A stretch of 45,771 bases of DNA, taken from contig JAEDGE010000001.1 in the NCBI GenBank assembly GCA_016297675.1, positions 1 through 45,771 on the forward strand. The letters are read 5' to 3'. Positions 1-10,100 of this stretch are shown piece by piece. A program made the translations under genes and the position numbers. Source of the stretch: Oscillospiraceae bacterium. GTDB taxonomy: Bacteria > Bacillota > Clostridia > Oscillospirales > Ruminococcaceae. The stretch's first letter is position 1. The number at the start of each line of letters is the position of its first letter. The notes beneath the pieces were generated by a model. It was given only the letters and a program-made list of their open reading frames with translations. It made no database searches and was not told the origin of the DNA.

Positions 1-42
1 CTGAGCTTTAATACATACAATTTTAGTTCATATATCATCATG

Positions 43-1020
43 TCAGTACACTAGTTTGGCATAGCTGTAATTTTCACCCTGTTCCCGATAGTATCTTCTG
101 GTTTCCTGAATCAGAAATAACCCTGCAATCCGTTTTTGGAATGTCACAGTATTGCCGTAGCCAGTTAGATTGGAGAATCCGAGAGAAGCCGCCTGTTTGG
201 TTAAAATGGGTTCTTGTAGTTCTGTTCCAAACAGTGTAGAAATTCCACATTGTAGGAATAAAAATGGTTGGTCTGGTTCAGCAGGAACTGCTAAGGCAGT
301 ACATTGTGTATCTTTTCCGCAAACGGAAAGAACTTTTGCAGATGGAATGCTGAGTTCCTGACAAACAGCCGGTGTCAGTGTTCCTTTACAGGAAGCACAG
401 GGAACAATTTCTGGCAGAATGGTTTTTGGAATGGAAAACTGTTTACAAAGTGTGCTGTCCCATGTTTTTTCAGTGATATTGTACAATTGTGTAGTACTTG
501 CAGATGCTGCATCTGTTGTAGCAACGCCAGTCAAAAAATAAGCGAGTAAATCAGCAATCGGCAGTATAGTTCCGGCGAGTGAAAACAGAACCGGCTGTTT
601 TTGATTTTGTGTGAAAAGCTGAAATAGGGAACTGGAAGCCGTGGGTAGTCTTCCAGTTTTTTTATAGAGCGTTGCAGCGGAACAATGCTGTAATGCTGCC
701 TGTTGTTCTTCTGTCTGCATTTCTTGTCCACGCTGCGGATTGCAGAGCAATGTGCCATCTGTCAACAGAAAACCATAATCGCTGCCCCATGTATCAATCG
801 CAAGACTTTCCAATTCACTGATAAAGTTGGCACGCAACAGACTTGTTTTCAATTCATGCAATAGACGCAAGATGTCCCAGAAAACAGTGTTTCCAATGCG
901 AATCGGTTCATTTTCAAATCGATGAACATCTTCTAATTGCAGACGTTCGCCATTATAGTGTGCCAAAACAGCACGACCAAATGTGGTATTATAATCCATT
1001 ACAAGGACATGTCGTTCCAT
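43..1020 (-). CDS. Rhamnulokinase-like FGGY family carbohydrate kinase, degenerate and probably C-terminally truncated
   Basis: RhaB-like motifs 'LEDVHRFENEP', 'WDILRL', 'AIDTWGSDYGFL', 'ASTTQLYN' and 'IAGLFLIQETRR'. ATG at 1020 has GGAG upstream. About 325 aa, ending just after 'YSYAKL', well short of a full FGGY kinase. Confidence 0.7.
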   Translation of the reverse strand: MERHVLVMDYNTTFGRAVLAHYNGERLQLEDVHRFENEPIRIGNTVFWDILRLLHELKTSLLRANFISELESLAIDTWGSDYGFLLTDGTLLCNPQRGQEMQTEEQQAALQHCSAATLYKKTGRLPTASSSLFQLFTQNQKQPVLFSLAGTILPIADLLAYFLTGVATTDAASASTTQLYNITEKTWDSTLCKQFSIPKTILPEIVPCASCKGTLTPAVCQELSIPSAKVLSVCGKDTQCTALAVPAEPDQPFLFLQCGISTLFGTELQEPILTKQAASLGFSNLTGYGNTVTFQKRIAGLFLIQETRRYYREQGENYSYAKLVY

Positions 1021-1254
1021 TTTCTCATCTCCAAATTTGTTCAATTGCAGCAAAAAGGGCTTTTTCGTCATACACTAAAGTCATCTGCGTATGTTTTTTG
1101 TGACAGATGCACCCATAGATAAAAATGCTATTTTTATTATACAATTTTCAGATAGAAAAGTCCAGTCCTTTTATGACAATTTAATATCTTTTTTGATTCT
1201 TTTCCTGAAAAACAGATAGAATCCAGAAGATTTCGGAAAGAACGGAAAAAAGCC

Positions 1255-1283
1255 TTGACGGAAGGAGAAAATTTCGATATAAT
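1255..1283 (+). promoter_or_regulatory. sigma-A type promoter for the rpe operon
   Basis: TTGACG (1255-1260), 17 bp spacer, TATAAT (1278-1283). Confidence 0.75.
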
Positions 1284-1387
1284 AAAATAAGAATCGAATG
1301 AAGCAGCAGTCCGTTTTTGCAGACAGACAGCATACAGCTGCAACGTGTTCTATACTTAGTTTTTCATAAGGCGAGGCGATTTTTTCA

Positions 1388-2056
1388 ATGCGGACAATTC
1401 AAACATCTGCCTCTATTCTGAGTGCAGATATGTGTAATTTAGAAGCAGTGGTACATATGTTGGAGCAAAGTGGTACAGATATGCTGCATTTTGATGTAAT
1501 GGATGGCAGGTTTGTAAATAATATTTCTTTTGGCATTCCAGTATTATCTGCAATCCGGAAAAAGACCGATTTATTTCTGGATATTCATCTGATGATTGCA
1601 GATCCATTGCAATATGCAGCAAGATTTGCACACGCTGGTGCGAATGGAATTACCTTTCATTTGGAAAGTGAAAGCGATCCGCAAAAAACGATTGATGCCA
1701 TTCATGCTTGTGGGATTCCAGCTGGGATTGTAATCAAGCCTATGACACCAGCAGAAGCGGTTTTACCCTATTTGCCCTCTGTAGAAATGGTATTAGTGAT
1801 GACCGTAGAGCCAGGATTCGGTGGACAGGCATTTCTCTGGGATATGCTGGAAAAAGTTCGATTTTTGCATCGTGCAGCAAAAGAACAGGGGCTGCATACA
1901 ATCATTCAGGTGGACGGTGGTATCAATGCAGAAACAGCACCCGCAGCGGTAGAAGCTGGTGCAGATAATCTGGTAGTAGGGAGTTATCTGTTCCGACAGG
2001 AAAACCCCAAGATGGTCATTGATTTTCTGCATCAACTGTCAGAAAATAAGAAATGA
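1388..2056 (+). CDS. rpe: Ribulose-phosphate 3-epimerase
   Basis: Motifs SILSAD, HFDVMDGRFV, DIHLMI, MTVEPGFGGQ, QVDGGIN. Confidence 0.96.
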   Translation: MRTIQTSASILSADMCNLEAVVHMLEQSGTDMLHFDVMDGRFVNNISFGIPVLSAIRKKTDLFLDIHLMIADPLQYAARFAHAGANGITFHLESESDPQKTIDAIHACGIPAGIVIKPMTPAEAVLPYLPSVEMVLVMTVEPGFGGQAFLWDMLEKVRFLHRAAKEQGLHTIIQVDGGINAETAPAAVEAGADNLVVGSYLFRQENPKMVIDFLHQLSENKK

Positions 2057-2106
2057 ATCTCAAAAAACATACATAGAATAGAGAGAAGAAATAGGAGAGA
2101 ACCAAT

Positions 2107-3204
2107 ATGAAAAGAAAATCACCCAAAATATACAAAGTGAAAACAGGAAAAATGAAGTCTGCAACCGCACATAATGTATTGTCAGCTGTTGTGATGATTG
2201 CAGCAGCTGGGCTGGTTGGATTTGTTGGGTACAGTGTTGCCAAACCATTCATTGATGACGGTTCTTCTGTAGAAAACAATGCGGATTTGCAGATGAATGC
2301 AACTGTGACCACGACATCTTCTGACGGCATTTCAACAGATTTTTCTGCAACAGTAACGACGCTATTGGCTTCTGGGAGTGCAATAGAAACCGATACAATA
2401 GCAAAAACGACCGCATCTACCACAACAAAAACCGCTGTTCAAACAAGTACGGTCACTACGGCAGAAACGGAAAAGAAAAGTACTGCTGCAACCACAAAGC
2501 AAACAGAGAGCGAACAGAATACGACCACACAAGCGGTTACAACAGAAGTTGCTGCAAAGAATGGTGTGTCTCTGTCAAACTTTACAGAAGCCGATACAGC
2601 AGAATGGTTGTCTGCTTCTGTTCTGGAAAGCAAAGATGCTTTTGTTTCTGCCTTAAAGCAGGTAAAGGGCAACAATGCAAATGTAAAAGCCGTTGTTGTG
2701 CCAATGAAACTGGAAGGTGGGTTATTGAACTATGCGTCTAATATTTCCTATGTTGCCGGTATGGGAATTTGTGATGGCTCTTTGACAGCGTCTGAGATTG
2801 TCAGCATTGCTAAGGAAGAAGGATTTTCTGTCTATGCCCTGATTAGTGTACTGGACGATTGCCAATTTCCAGAATTGCATCGGGATGCTGGAATTCAGTT
2901 AGCAGACGGCACTGGTAGATGGCTGGATAATTCTCCGGAAAAAGGCGGAAAACCATGGATGTCGCCATATAGTAGTAAAACGGTTTCCTATATGACTGCA
3001 ATGATACAAGAATTAGAAAATGCTGGATTTTCCGCTGCGATTTGTCAAAATTTTGTATATCCATCTTTCTATGAGTCAGATCGAGACTTTATTGACGTAG
3101 ACGATTATTTTGGAGAAAATCGCAATGATGCTATGGTGGCATTGGCAGATGCTATGGTAGAGGCTGCAACTGGAAATATGACAGTTGTATTGGATATGGA
3201 ATGA
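2107..3204 (+). CDS. Membrane-anchored protein with Thr-rich linker and putative glycoside-hydrolase-like (DUF4015-like) domain
   Basis: Basic N-terminus followed by one hydrophobic helix (VLSAVVMIAAAGLVGFVGYSVA), a Thr/Ser-rich stalk, then 'VVVPMKLEGG', 'ISVLDD' and 'WLDNSPEKGGKPWMSPYS'. The domain call is from resemblance only. Confidence 0.55.
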   Translation: MKRKSPKIYKVKTGKMKSATAHNVLSAVVMIAAAGLVGFVGYSVAKPFIDDGSSVENNADLQMNATVTTTSSDGISTDFSATVTTLLASGSAIETDTIAKTTASTTTKTAVQTSTVTTAETEKKSTAATTKQTESEQNTTTQAVTTEVAAKNGVSLSNFTEADTAEWLSASVLESKDAFVSALKQVKGNNANVKAVVVPMKLEGGLLNYASNISYVAGMGICDGSLTASEIVSIAKEEGFSVYALISVLDDCQFPELHRDAGIQLADGTGRWLDNSPEKGGKPWMSPYSSKTVSYMTAMIQELENAGFSAAICQNFVYPSFYESDRDFIDVDDYFGENRNDAMVALADAMVEAATGNMTVVLDME

Positions 3205-3259
3205 TAAAAACAGGACAAAATAGAATTGAACAGAATGGATAAAAAAGGAGTCGAGGACA

Positions 3260-4219
3260 ATGGCAGGCAAATTTACAATTTCACTGGACAAAATTATCGA
3301 AGCATTTAAACTGGAAACCATTTATACCCCGAAGGATGCTGCTGAGATTCAGATTGATGAAGCAGATGTAACCCGTCCGGGTTTGCAGCTGATGGGGTTT
3401 TATGAGTATTTCAATCCAGAGCGGATTCAGATTATCGGCAAAATGGAATTTGCCTATCTTTCTACCATTGATGAGGAAACCAGAATACAGCGGTTGGATA
3501 TGTTGTTTTCACAGCGGATTCCAGCACTGGTCATTTCCAGAGAGTTGCCGTATTTTGAAGAAATGCTGGATCTTGCAAAGAAATATTCCGTACCATTGCT
3601 TCGTAGCAAAGAGAGTACTTCTAATTTCATTGCTGGTTTGATTGCTTTTTTAAATTTAAATCTTGCACCACGTATCACAAGACATGGTGTTTTGATTGAG
3701 ATTTATGGCGAAGGTGTATTTATTACAGGTGAAAGTGGTGTTGGAAAGAGCGAAACTGCAATTGAATTGGTAAAGCGTGGGCATCGCTTGGTTGCAGATG
3801 ATGCGGTAGAAATCAGAAAAGTTTCCAACATCAGTTTGGTTGGTAGTTCACCGGATAACATTCGGCACTTTTTGGAACTGCGTGGTATTGGCATTATCAA
3901 TGCACGTCGTCTGTTTGGTATTGGTGCTGTTAAGAATACAGAAAAAATTGAATTGATTGTAGAGATGGAACAGTGGAATCCAGAAAAAATCTATGACCGG
4001 ATGGGTGTGGATACACAGTATGTCTCTCTACTTGGTGTAAAAGTGCCATCTTTGACGATTCCGGTACGACCTGGCAGAAATCTGGCAGTGATTTTGGAAG
4101 TTGCTGCTATGAACAATCGACAGAAGAAGATGGGGTATAATGCCGCTTCTGATTTGTTGGATCATTTGGGTTTGGATATGGAATCAAAAGAAGTGATTAA
4201 GGATTACGATGCATTTTAA
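3260..4219 (+). CDS. hprK: HPr(Ser) kinase/phosphorylase
   Basis: Motifs RPGLQLMG, HGVLIEIYGEGV, Walker A GESGVGKSE, LVADD, LELRGIGII, PVRPGRN. Confidence 0.98.
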   Translation: MAGKFTISLDKIIEAFKLETIYTPKDAAEIQIDEADVTRPGLQLMGFYEYFNPERIQIIGKMEFAYLSTIDEETRIQRLDMLFSQRIPALVISRELPYFEEMLDLAKKYSVPLLRSKESTSNFIAGLIAFLNLNLAPRITRHGVLIEIYGEGVFITGESGVGKSETAIELVKRGHRLVADDAVEIRKVSNISLVGSSPDNIRHFLELRGIGIINARRLFGIGAVKNTEKIELIVEMEQWNPEKIYDRMGVDTQYVSLLGVKVPSLTIPVRPGRNLAVILEVAAMNNRQKKMGYNAASDLLDHLGLDMESKEVIKDYDAF

Positions 4220-4242
4220 TGATCAAATAGGGAGAGAATGAC

Positions 4243-5151
4243 ATGCAGGAATTAGAATCCATTACAGAATGTTGTAAATCCCATCAGTGCAGTATTTTGC
4301 TGCAGGAACCGCTGGCAAAGCATACGACATTCCGAATTGGCGGAGCTTGTCAGGCAATGATACAAATCAGCAGCCGAGAGGGCCTGCAAGCTGTTTTACG
4401 ATGCTGTCAGGAACAGGGACTTCCGTGGATGATACTGGGAAATGGCAGTAATATTTTGGCGGCTGATGAGGGCTATAATGGGATTGTCCTACAGCTTGGC
4501 AGAGCGTTTTCTTGTGTACAATTATTGGATGAGACGACTGTTTTTTGTGAAGCAGGAGCGACATTATCATCTGTTGGCAAGTTTGCATTGGAATCCTGTT
4601 TGACTGGTATGGAATGTCTTGCTGGAATTCCGGGGACGATTGGCGGAGCGGTTTATATGAATGCCGGTGCATACGGCGGCGAGATGAAAGATGTCGTACA
4701 GACAGTTGAATATCTTGATGAAGACGGTATATTTCAAACCGCAACGCTGGAAGAATTACAGTTTTCCTATCGCCATAGCATGTTTTCCGGCACAAAAAAA
4801 ATTGTAACGGGAGTCACATTGCATTTGGAAAAGGGCAGTTATGCTGCGATTCGGGAAGAAATGCAGAAATTAAAGAATCAGCGGATTGCAAAACAGCCGT
4901 TGGAATTGCCGAGTGCTGGAAGTACATTTAAACGACCAGTTGGCAGCTATGCTTCTTTTTTAATTGATCAGTGTGGATTAAAGGGAGCAAGTGTTGGTGA
5001 TGCCCAAGTGAGTGTCAAGCATGCTGGTTTTGTGGTCAATACTGGACACGCAACTTGTCGGGACGTATTGGAATTATGTGATTTCGTGATAGAAACGGTA
5101 AAAGAAAAAACCGGCTACTGTTTGGAATTAGAACCCGTGATTTTAAAATAA
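4243..5151 (+). CDS. murB: UDP-N-acetylenolpyruvoylglucosamine reductase
   Basis: Motifs HTTFRIGG, GNGSNIL, GIPGTIGGAVYMNAGAYG, PSAGSTFKRP, KHAGF, LELEP. Confidence 0.97.
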   Translation: MQELESITECCKSHQCSILLQEPLAKHTTFRIGGACQAMIQISSREGLQAVLRCCQEQGLPWMILGNGSNILAADEGYNGIVLQLGRAFSCVQLLDETTVFCEAGATLSSVGKFALESCLTGMECLAGIPGTIGGAVYMNAGAYGGEMKDVVQTVEYLDEDGIFQTATLEELQFSYRHSMFSGTKKIVTGVTLHLEKGSYAAIREEMQKLKNQRIAKQPLELPSAGSTFKRPVGSYASFLIDQCGLKGASVGDAQVSVKHAGFVVNTGHATCRDVLELCDFVIETVKEKTGYCLELEPVILK

Positions 5152-5166
5152 TAGGAGGGAAAACAT

Positions 5167-6036
5167 ATGCAGGTCGTAGTAGTAACAGGTATGTCAGGTT
5201 CTGGAAAATCCGTTGTCATGGACGTGATGGAGGATATTGGTTATTATTGTATTGATAATTTACCACCGCAGTTGATTCATCGTTTTGTGGAAATTTGCAG
5301 AGAGTCAGAAAATAAGCTGGAAAAGATTGCAATTGCTGCGGATTTACGTTCTGGGGAGATGTTTGCAGATGCCTATGACTGTGTCTGCCGGTTAAAGGAA
5401 CAAAAAGATCTGCATGTGAAATTGCTCTATATTGAGGCAGATGATGAAGTACTGATCAAACGCTATAAGGAAACCAGACGGAAACATCCGTTGGATGAAC
5501 GGTTTAATGGTTGTCTGCATCAGGCGTTGGCATTTGAACGGGAACAATTGCTTCGATTAAAGGCTGTTGCAGATTATTATATTGAAACTTCCTATCTTTC
5601 TGTCTCACAGTTGAAAGAACAAATCCGAGAAACCTTCTTGGAAAACCGTTCGGATTCTCTTTCGATTAAGGTTACTTCGTTTGGATTCAAATATGGTGTT
5701 TCCACAGAGTCTGATTTGGTATTTGACGTTCGTTGTCTGCCGAATCCCTATTATATTAAGGAATTGCGGCATCATACAGGCTGCGATGCTTGTGTCAGAG
5801 ATTATGTGATGCAATTTGAACAATCTAAAGTTTTGCTGCAAAAAATAGAAGATTTGCTAGACTTCTTGATTCCACTTTATATCAAAGAAGGAAAAAGTCG
5901 ATTGGTCATTGCCTTTGGCTGTACGGGTGGCAAACACCGTTCTATTACGTTTACCGAATTGATTGGCGACTATCTCACTGAAAAGGGGATGCATGTGATT
6001 AAACAGCATCGAGATATTGGAAAAGATCGTCCCTGA
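5167..6036 (+). CDS. rapZ: RapZ/YvcJ P-loop NTP-binding RNase adapter
   Basis: Motifs TGMSGSGKS, CIDNLPP, RYKETRRKHPL, SFGFKYG, FDVRCLPNPYY, GCTGGKHRS. Confidence 0.97.
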   Translation: MQVVVVTGMSGSGKSVVMDVMEDIGYYCIDNLPPQLIHRFVEICRESENKLEKIAIAADLRSGEMFADAYDCVCRLKEQKDLHVKLLYIEADDEVLIKRYKETRRKHPLDERFNGCLHQALAFEREQLLRLKAVADYYIETSYLSVSQLKEQIRETFLENRSDSLSIKVTSFGFKYGVSTESDLVFDVRCLPNPYYIKELRHHTGCDACVRDYVMQFEQSKVLLQKIEDLLDFLIPLYIKEGKSRLVIAFGCTGGKHRSITFTELIGDYLTEKGMHVIKQHRDIGKDRP

Positions 6037-6049
6037 GGCATTGAATGAC

Positions 6050-6085
6050 GCACCGCCTTGCGACAAAAGCAGGGCGGTGTTTTTT
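6050..6085 (+). terminator. Intrinsic terminator after rapZ
   Basis: Stem GCACCGCCTTGC / GCAGGGCGGTGT with a 7-nt loop, followed by a T-tract. Confidence 0.85.
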
Positions 6086-6278
6086 ATTAGAATATGAGAT
6101 AGACAGAGAATAGGAGCAGAGAACCATTTTTCTTTCTATACAAGTTGTTTCTTCTCCAATAAGAAATTTTTCTGAACGGATTTGTGACATTTTACGCTAT
6201 AACTTGTAGTGATAGAAGAAAGGAGGACACTGCTCATTTGTACTGTCATATCAAGCAAAAATGAAAGGAGATCTTGTT

Positions 6279-7196
6279 ATGTCCTTTTCGCAGGATGTCC
6301 GACAGGCATTGCAAAATACCATTTTAGATAAGGATCAATCTTTTTCCTGTTTGTACGGAATGCTGTTGTACAGTCGTACTTTTACACCGCAGCGTATCTG
6401 TTTTCAAAGTGAAAGTGAAACAGTTGCGATATTGTTTCCCAAGTTGATGCATACTGTATTTTCCTTTTCGCCAGAAGCAGTGACATTAGAACGAGGAAGA
6501 GGTGGACTTTATAGTCTTTCTTTACAGAACGAACAGCAGATTGCTACGATTTGTAACCGTTATCATATTCATTTAGATGATCGGCAGATTAACCTTTGCA
6601 ATATTGTTCAAAATAGTATGCCGGCATTTTTTGCCGGAGTATTTTTAACATGTGGGAGTATTATGGATCCGAATAAATCCTATCATCTCGAATTTGTCAC
6701 ACCAACCGCAACACTTTGCAATGATCTTTGTATTTTCCTGAACCAGTTGCTGGGGATTAAGGGGCATATTTTGCAACGAAAGCAGACATTTGTGCTGTAT
6801 ATCAAAGATAGCGAACAGATTGAAGATATTCTGACCTTTATGGGAGCACAACAATGTACGCTTGATTTAATGAATATCAAAATCAAAAAAGACATGCGAA
6901 ATAAAGCAAATCGTGTACGGAATTGTGATGCTGCTAATATTGATAAAGTGGTATCTGCTGCCATGCGACAAACAGAAGAAATTCTCTGGATTGCAGAAAA
7001 AAAGGGATTGGATACACTGCCGCCGGATTTAAAAGCATTGGCAGAACTACGGTTAGAAAATCCGGAATTGAGCTTGAAAGAACTTGGAGAATTGTTACAG
7101 CCGCCAATTGGACGTTCCGGCGTCAATCATCGATTCCAAAAATTATCCCTTCTGGCAAAGGAGTTGCATTTTCATGCCGGAGATCAAACAAGATGA
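6279..7196 (+). CDS. whiA: DNA-binding protein WhiA
   Basis: MSFS start after AAGGAG; motifs GSIMDPNKSYHLEF, RNKANRVRNCDAAN, LRLENPELSLKELG, GRSGVNHR. Confidence 0.95.
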   Translation: MSFSQDVRQALQNTILDKDQSFSCLYGMLLYSRTFTPQRICFQSESETVAILFPKLMHTVFSFSPEAVTLERGRGGLYSLSLQNEQQIATICNRYHIHLDDRQINLCNIVQNSMPAFFAGVFLTCGSIMDPNKSYHLEFVTPTATLCNDLCIFLNQLLGIKGHILQRKQTFVLYIKDSEQIEDILTFMGAQQCTLDLMNIKIKKDMRNKANRVRNCDAANIDKVVSAAMRQTEEILWIAEKKGLDTLPPDLKALAELRLENPELSLKELGELLQPPIGRSGVNHRFQKLSLLAKELHFHAGDQTR

Positions 7197-10100
7197 ATTT
7201 GTACATTTGCATGTACATAGTGTTTATAGTTTACTGGATGGGGCTTGTCGGATTCCAGAGATGATGGAGCAGGTCAAAGCGATGGGACAAACTGCCATTG
7301 CTTTGACAGATCATGGGAATTTATATGCGGCTGTTTCATTTTACAGAGCAGCCAAAAAAGTAGGATTACATCCTATTATTGGCTGTGAGGTCTATGTTGC
7401 CAGCCGTACACGTTTCGACCGTGTGCAGGCATTGGATCGAAAACGATATCACCTTGTTCTGCTGTGTGAAAATCAGACTGGTTATCGGAACTTGGTAAAG
7501 CTTGTTTCACAAGCGTGCTTAGAAGGGTTTTATCAAAAACCCCGTGTAGACTGGGAATTGCTTTCGCAGTATCACGAGGGTTTAATTTGTCTGTCTGCTT
7601 GTTTAGCTGGCGAAGTGCCGCAGTTGCTGCTTGCTGGAAACTATGAACAGGCAAAACAGACCGCACTGCGGTATCAGGCACTATTCGGCAAGGACAATTA
7701 TTATTTAGAAGTGCAGAATCACGGTTTGCAAGAACAGAAGACGATATTGCCACTGCTCTATCAGCTTTCACAAGAAACGGGAATCTCCTTGGTGGCTACC
7801 AATGATGCTCATTATCTGACACAGGATGAGGCAGAAATGCAGCAGGTCTTACTCTGTATTCAAACTGGTAAAACGATAGACGATCCCACAGCAATGCGGT
7901 TTGAAACAAATGAATTTTACCTGAAAAGTACACAGGAAATGCAGCAGCTATTTTCTGCTATGCCAGAGGCAATTATAAATACCAAGCGAATTGCAGATCG
8001 TTGTCATGTGACATTTGAAACTGAGAAGCTGCATTTACCATCCTTTTTTATGGATGGTGTGACAGATAATGTTGCGTTATTTGCTGACCTTTGTCAAAAA
8101 GGGATGCAGAAACGATATGGAACGCCTGTGCCGGAGCATGTTCAGAAGCGACTACAGCATGAAATGGATGTCATCACACAGATGAATTATGTGGATTACT
8201 TTCTGATTGTATGGGATTATGTGAATTTTGCAAAGCAGCATCAAATTCCGGTTGGACCGGGCAGAGGTTCGGGAGCTGGGAGTCTTTGTGCTTATTGTAT
8301 GGGAATCACAGAGATTGACCCGATTGCCTATCATTTATTGTTTGAACGGTTTTTAAATCCGGAACGTGTGAATATGCCAGATTTTGATATTGATTTCTGT
8401 ATTGAGGGCAGACAAGCAGTAAAAGAATATGTGATTCAAAAATACGGAGCAGATCGTGTAACAGAAATCATTACATTTGACTTGATGAAAGCCAGAGGAG
8501 CGGTACGAGATGTCGGAAGAGCATTGAATCTTCCCTATGCCCTCTGTGATCGTATTGCAAAAAAAATCGATCCACATCGTACCATTGCAGAAACGATGGC
8601 AGCCCCAGGGGAAATGGAGTTGCAGCAACTTTATCAAACAGACAGCAATGTCAAAAAGCTGTTGGATATGGCACAAAAAATAGAGGGGATGCCACGACAT
8701 ACCTCTACGCATGCAGCTGGCGTCATTATTTCTGCTGTCCCATTATTAGAAATGGTGCCGCTGCAAAAAAATGATGATACCATTGTAACGCAGTATCCAA
8801 TGGGTACATTAGAATATCTGAAATTAGTCAAGTTTGACTTTTTAGGCTTGCGAAATCTGACGATTATTCGAGATTGCGTTCGGATGATTCATGAAGCAGA
8901 ACCAGAATTTTCGATTCATCACATTCCAATTGATGATGCGGCAGTATATCGTATGATGGCAAAGGGTGACACGATGGGCGTATTTCAATTTGAAAGTGCC
9001 GGTATGCGTCATGTGTTATTGCAAATGCAGCCGGAACAACTGGAAGATTTGACAGCAGCCCTTTCTTTATACCGTCCGGGGCCAAGAGATTCCATCCCAC
9101 AGTATCTGGAGAATCGCAAACATCCTGATACAATTTCTTATGCACATCCTTCATTAAAACCAATCTTAGAAGTAACATATGGTTGTATGGTCTATCAAGA
9201 ACAAGTCATGGAAATTTGCCGAGCACTGGCGGGGTATTCTTATGGCAGAGCCGATATTGTCAGACGAGCGATGTCTAAAAAAGATCAGGCGGTAATGGAG
9301 CAGGAACGAGAGATCTTTCTATATGGTTTAGAAGATGTCTGCTGCGGAGCCATTCAAAATGGTGTTCCAAAAGAAGTAGCAGAATCTATTTTTGATGAAA
9401 TCAGCCGTTTTGCCTCTTATGCATTCAATAAATCTCATGCAGTTGCCTATGCTTATCTGGCATATCAAACAGCTTATCTGAAATGTCATTATTTTTCTGC
9501 CTATATGGCAGCGTTGATGACCAGTGTGATAGGGGATTTTCCGAAACTTCTGTCCTATATCTCAGAATGTCAAAAAGCAGGCGTAGCGGTATTGCCGCCA
9601 CACATCAATGAAAGTCATGCAGTTTTTACCTGTACCAAAAAAGGCATTCGCTTTGGGTTGTCTGCGGTCAAGAATGTTGGCGTGGCTTTGATTGAAAAGC
9701 TGGAACGGGAACGGCAGAGAAATGGCTTGTTCAAAAACTTGTATGATTTTTGTCAGCGAATGCAGGGAATCGAATTGAATAAGCGAGCCTTAGAAAGTCT
9801 GATTCAAAGCGGTGCACTGGATGGATTGGGATGGAATCGGCGGCAAATGCTTCAACAATATGAACAAATTTTATCATCTGTAAAAGAAATGGCTGCCTCC
9901 CAATTAACAGGACAAATGCAGCTATTTGGTATGGTATCAACAAGCAGCTGGCAGGAACCAATGCCAGAGCCAGTGGAAGAATTTTCTCAGACAGAATTGC
10001 TGCATATGGAACGCGAAGTCACTGGCATGTATATTTCTGGGAATCCGTTGCAGCCAGTACAGTATCTTTGTCGTTTGTTGCATACAACTACCGCATCCGT

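Noticed and set aside
7084..7173. Long N-terminal extensions in the ORF track (dnaE here; likewise cbiP, cbiH, dapB, the GNAT, cobT, hemB, hemL)
   Set aside because: They overlap upstream genes and lack family homology. Downstream starts have an RBS or a stop/start overlap.
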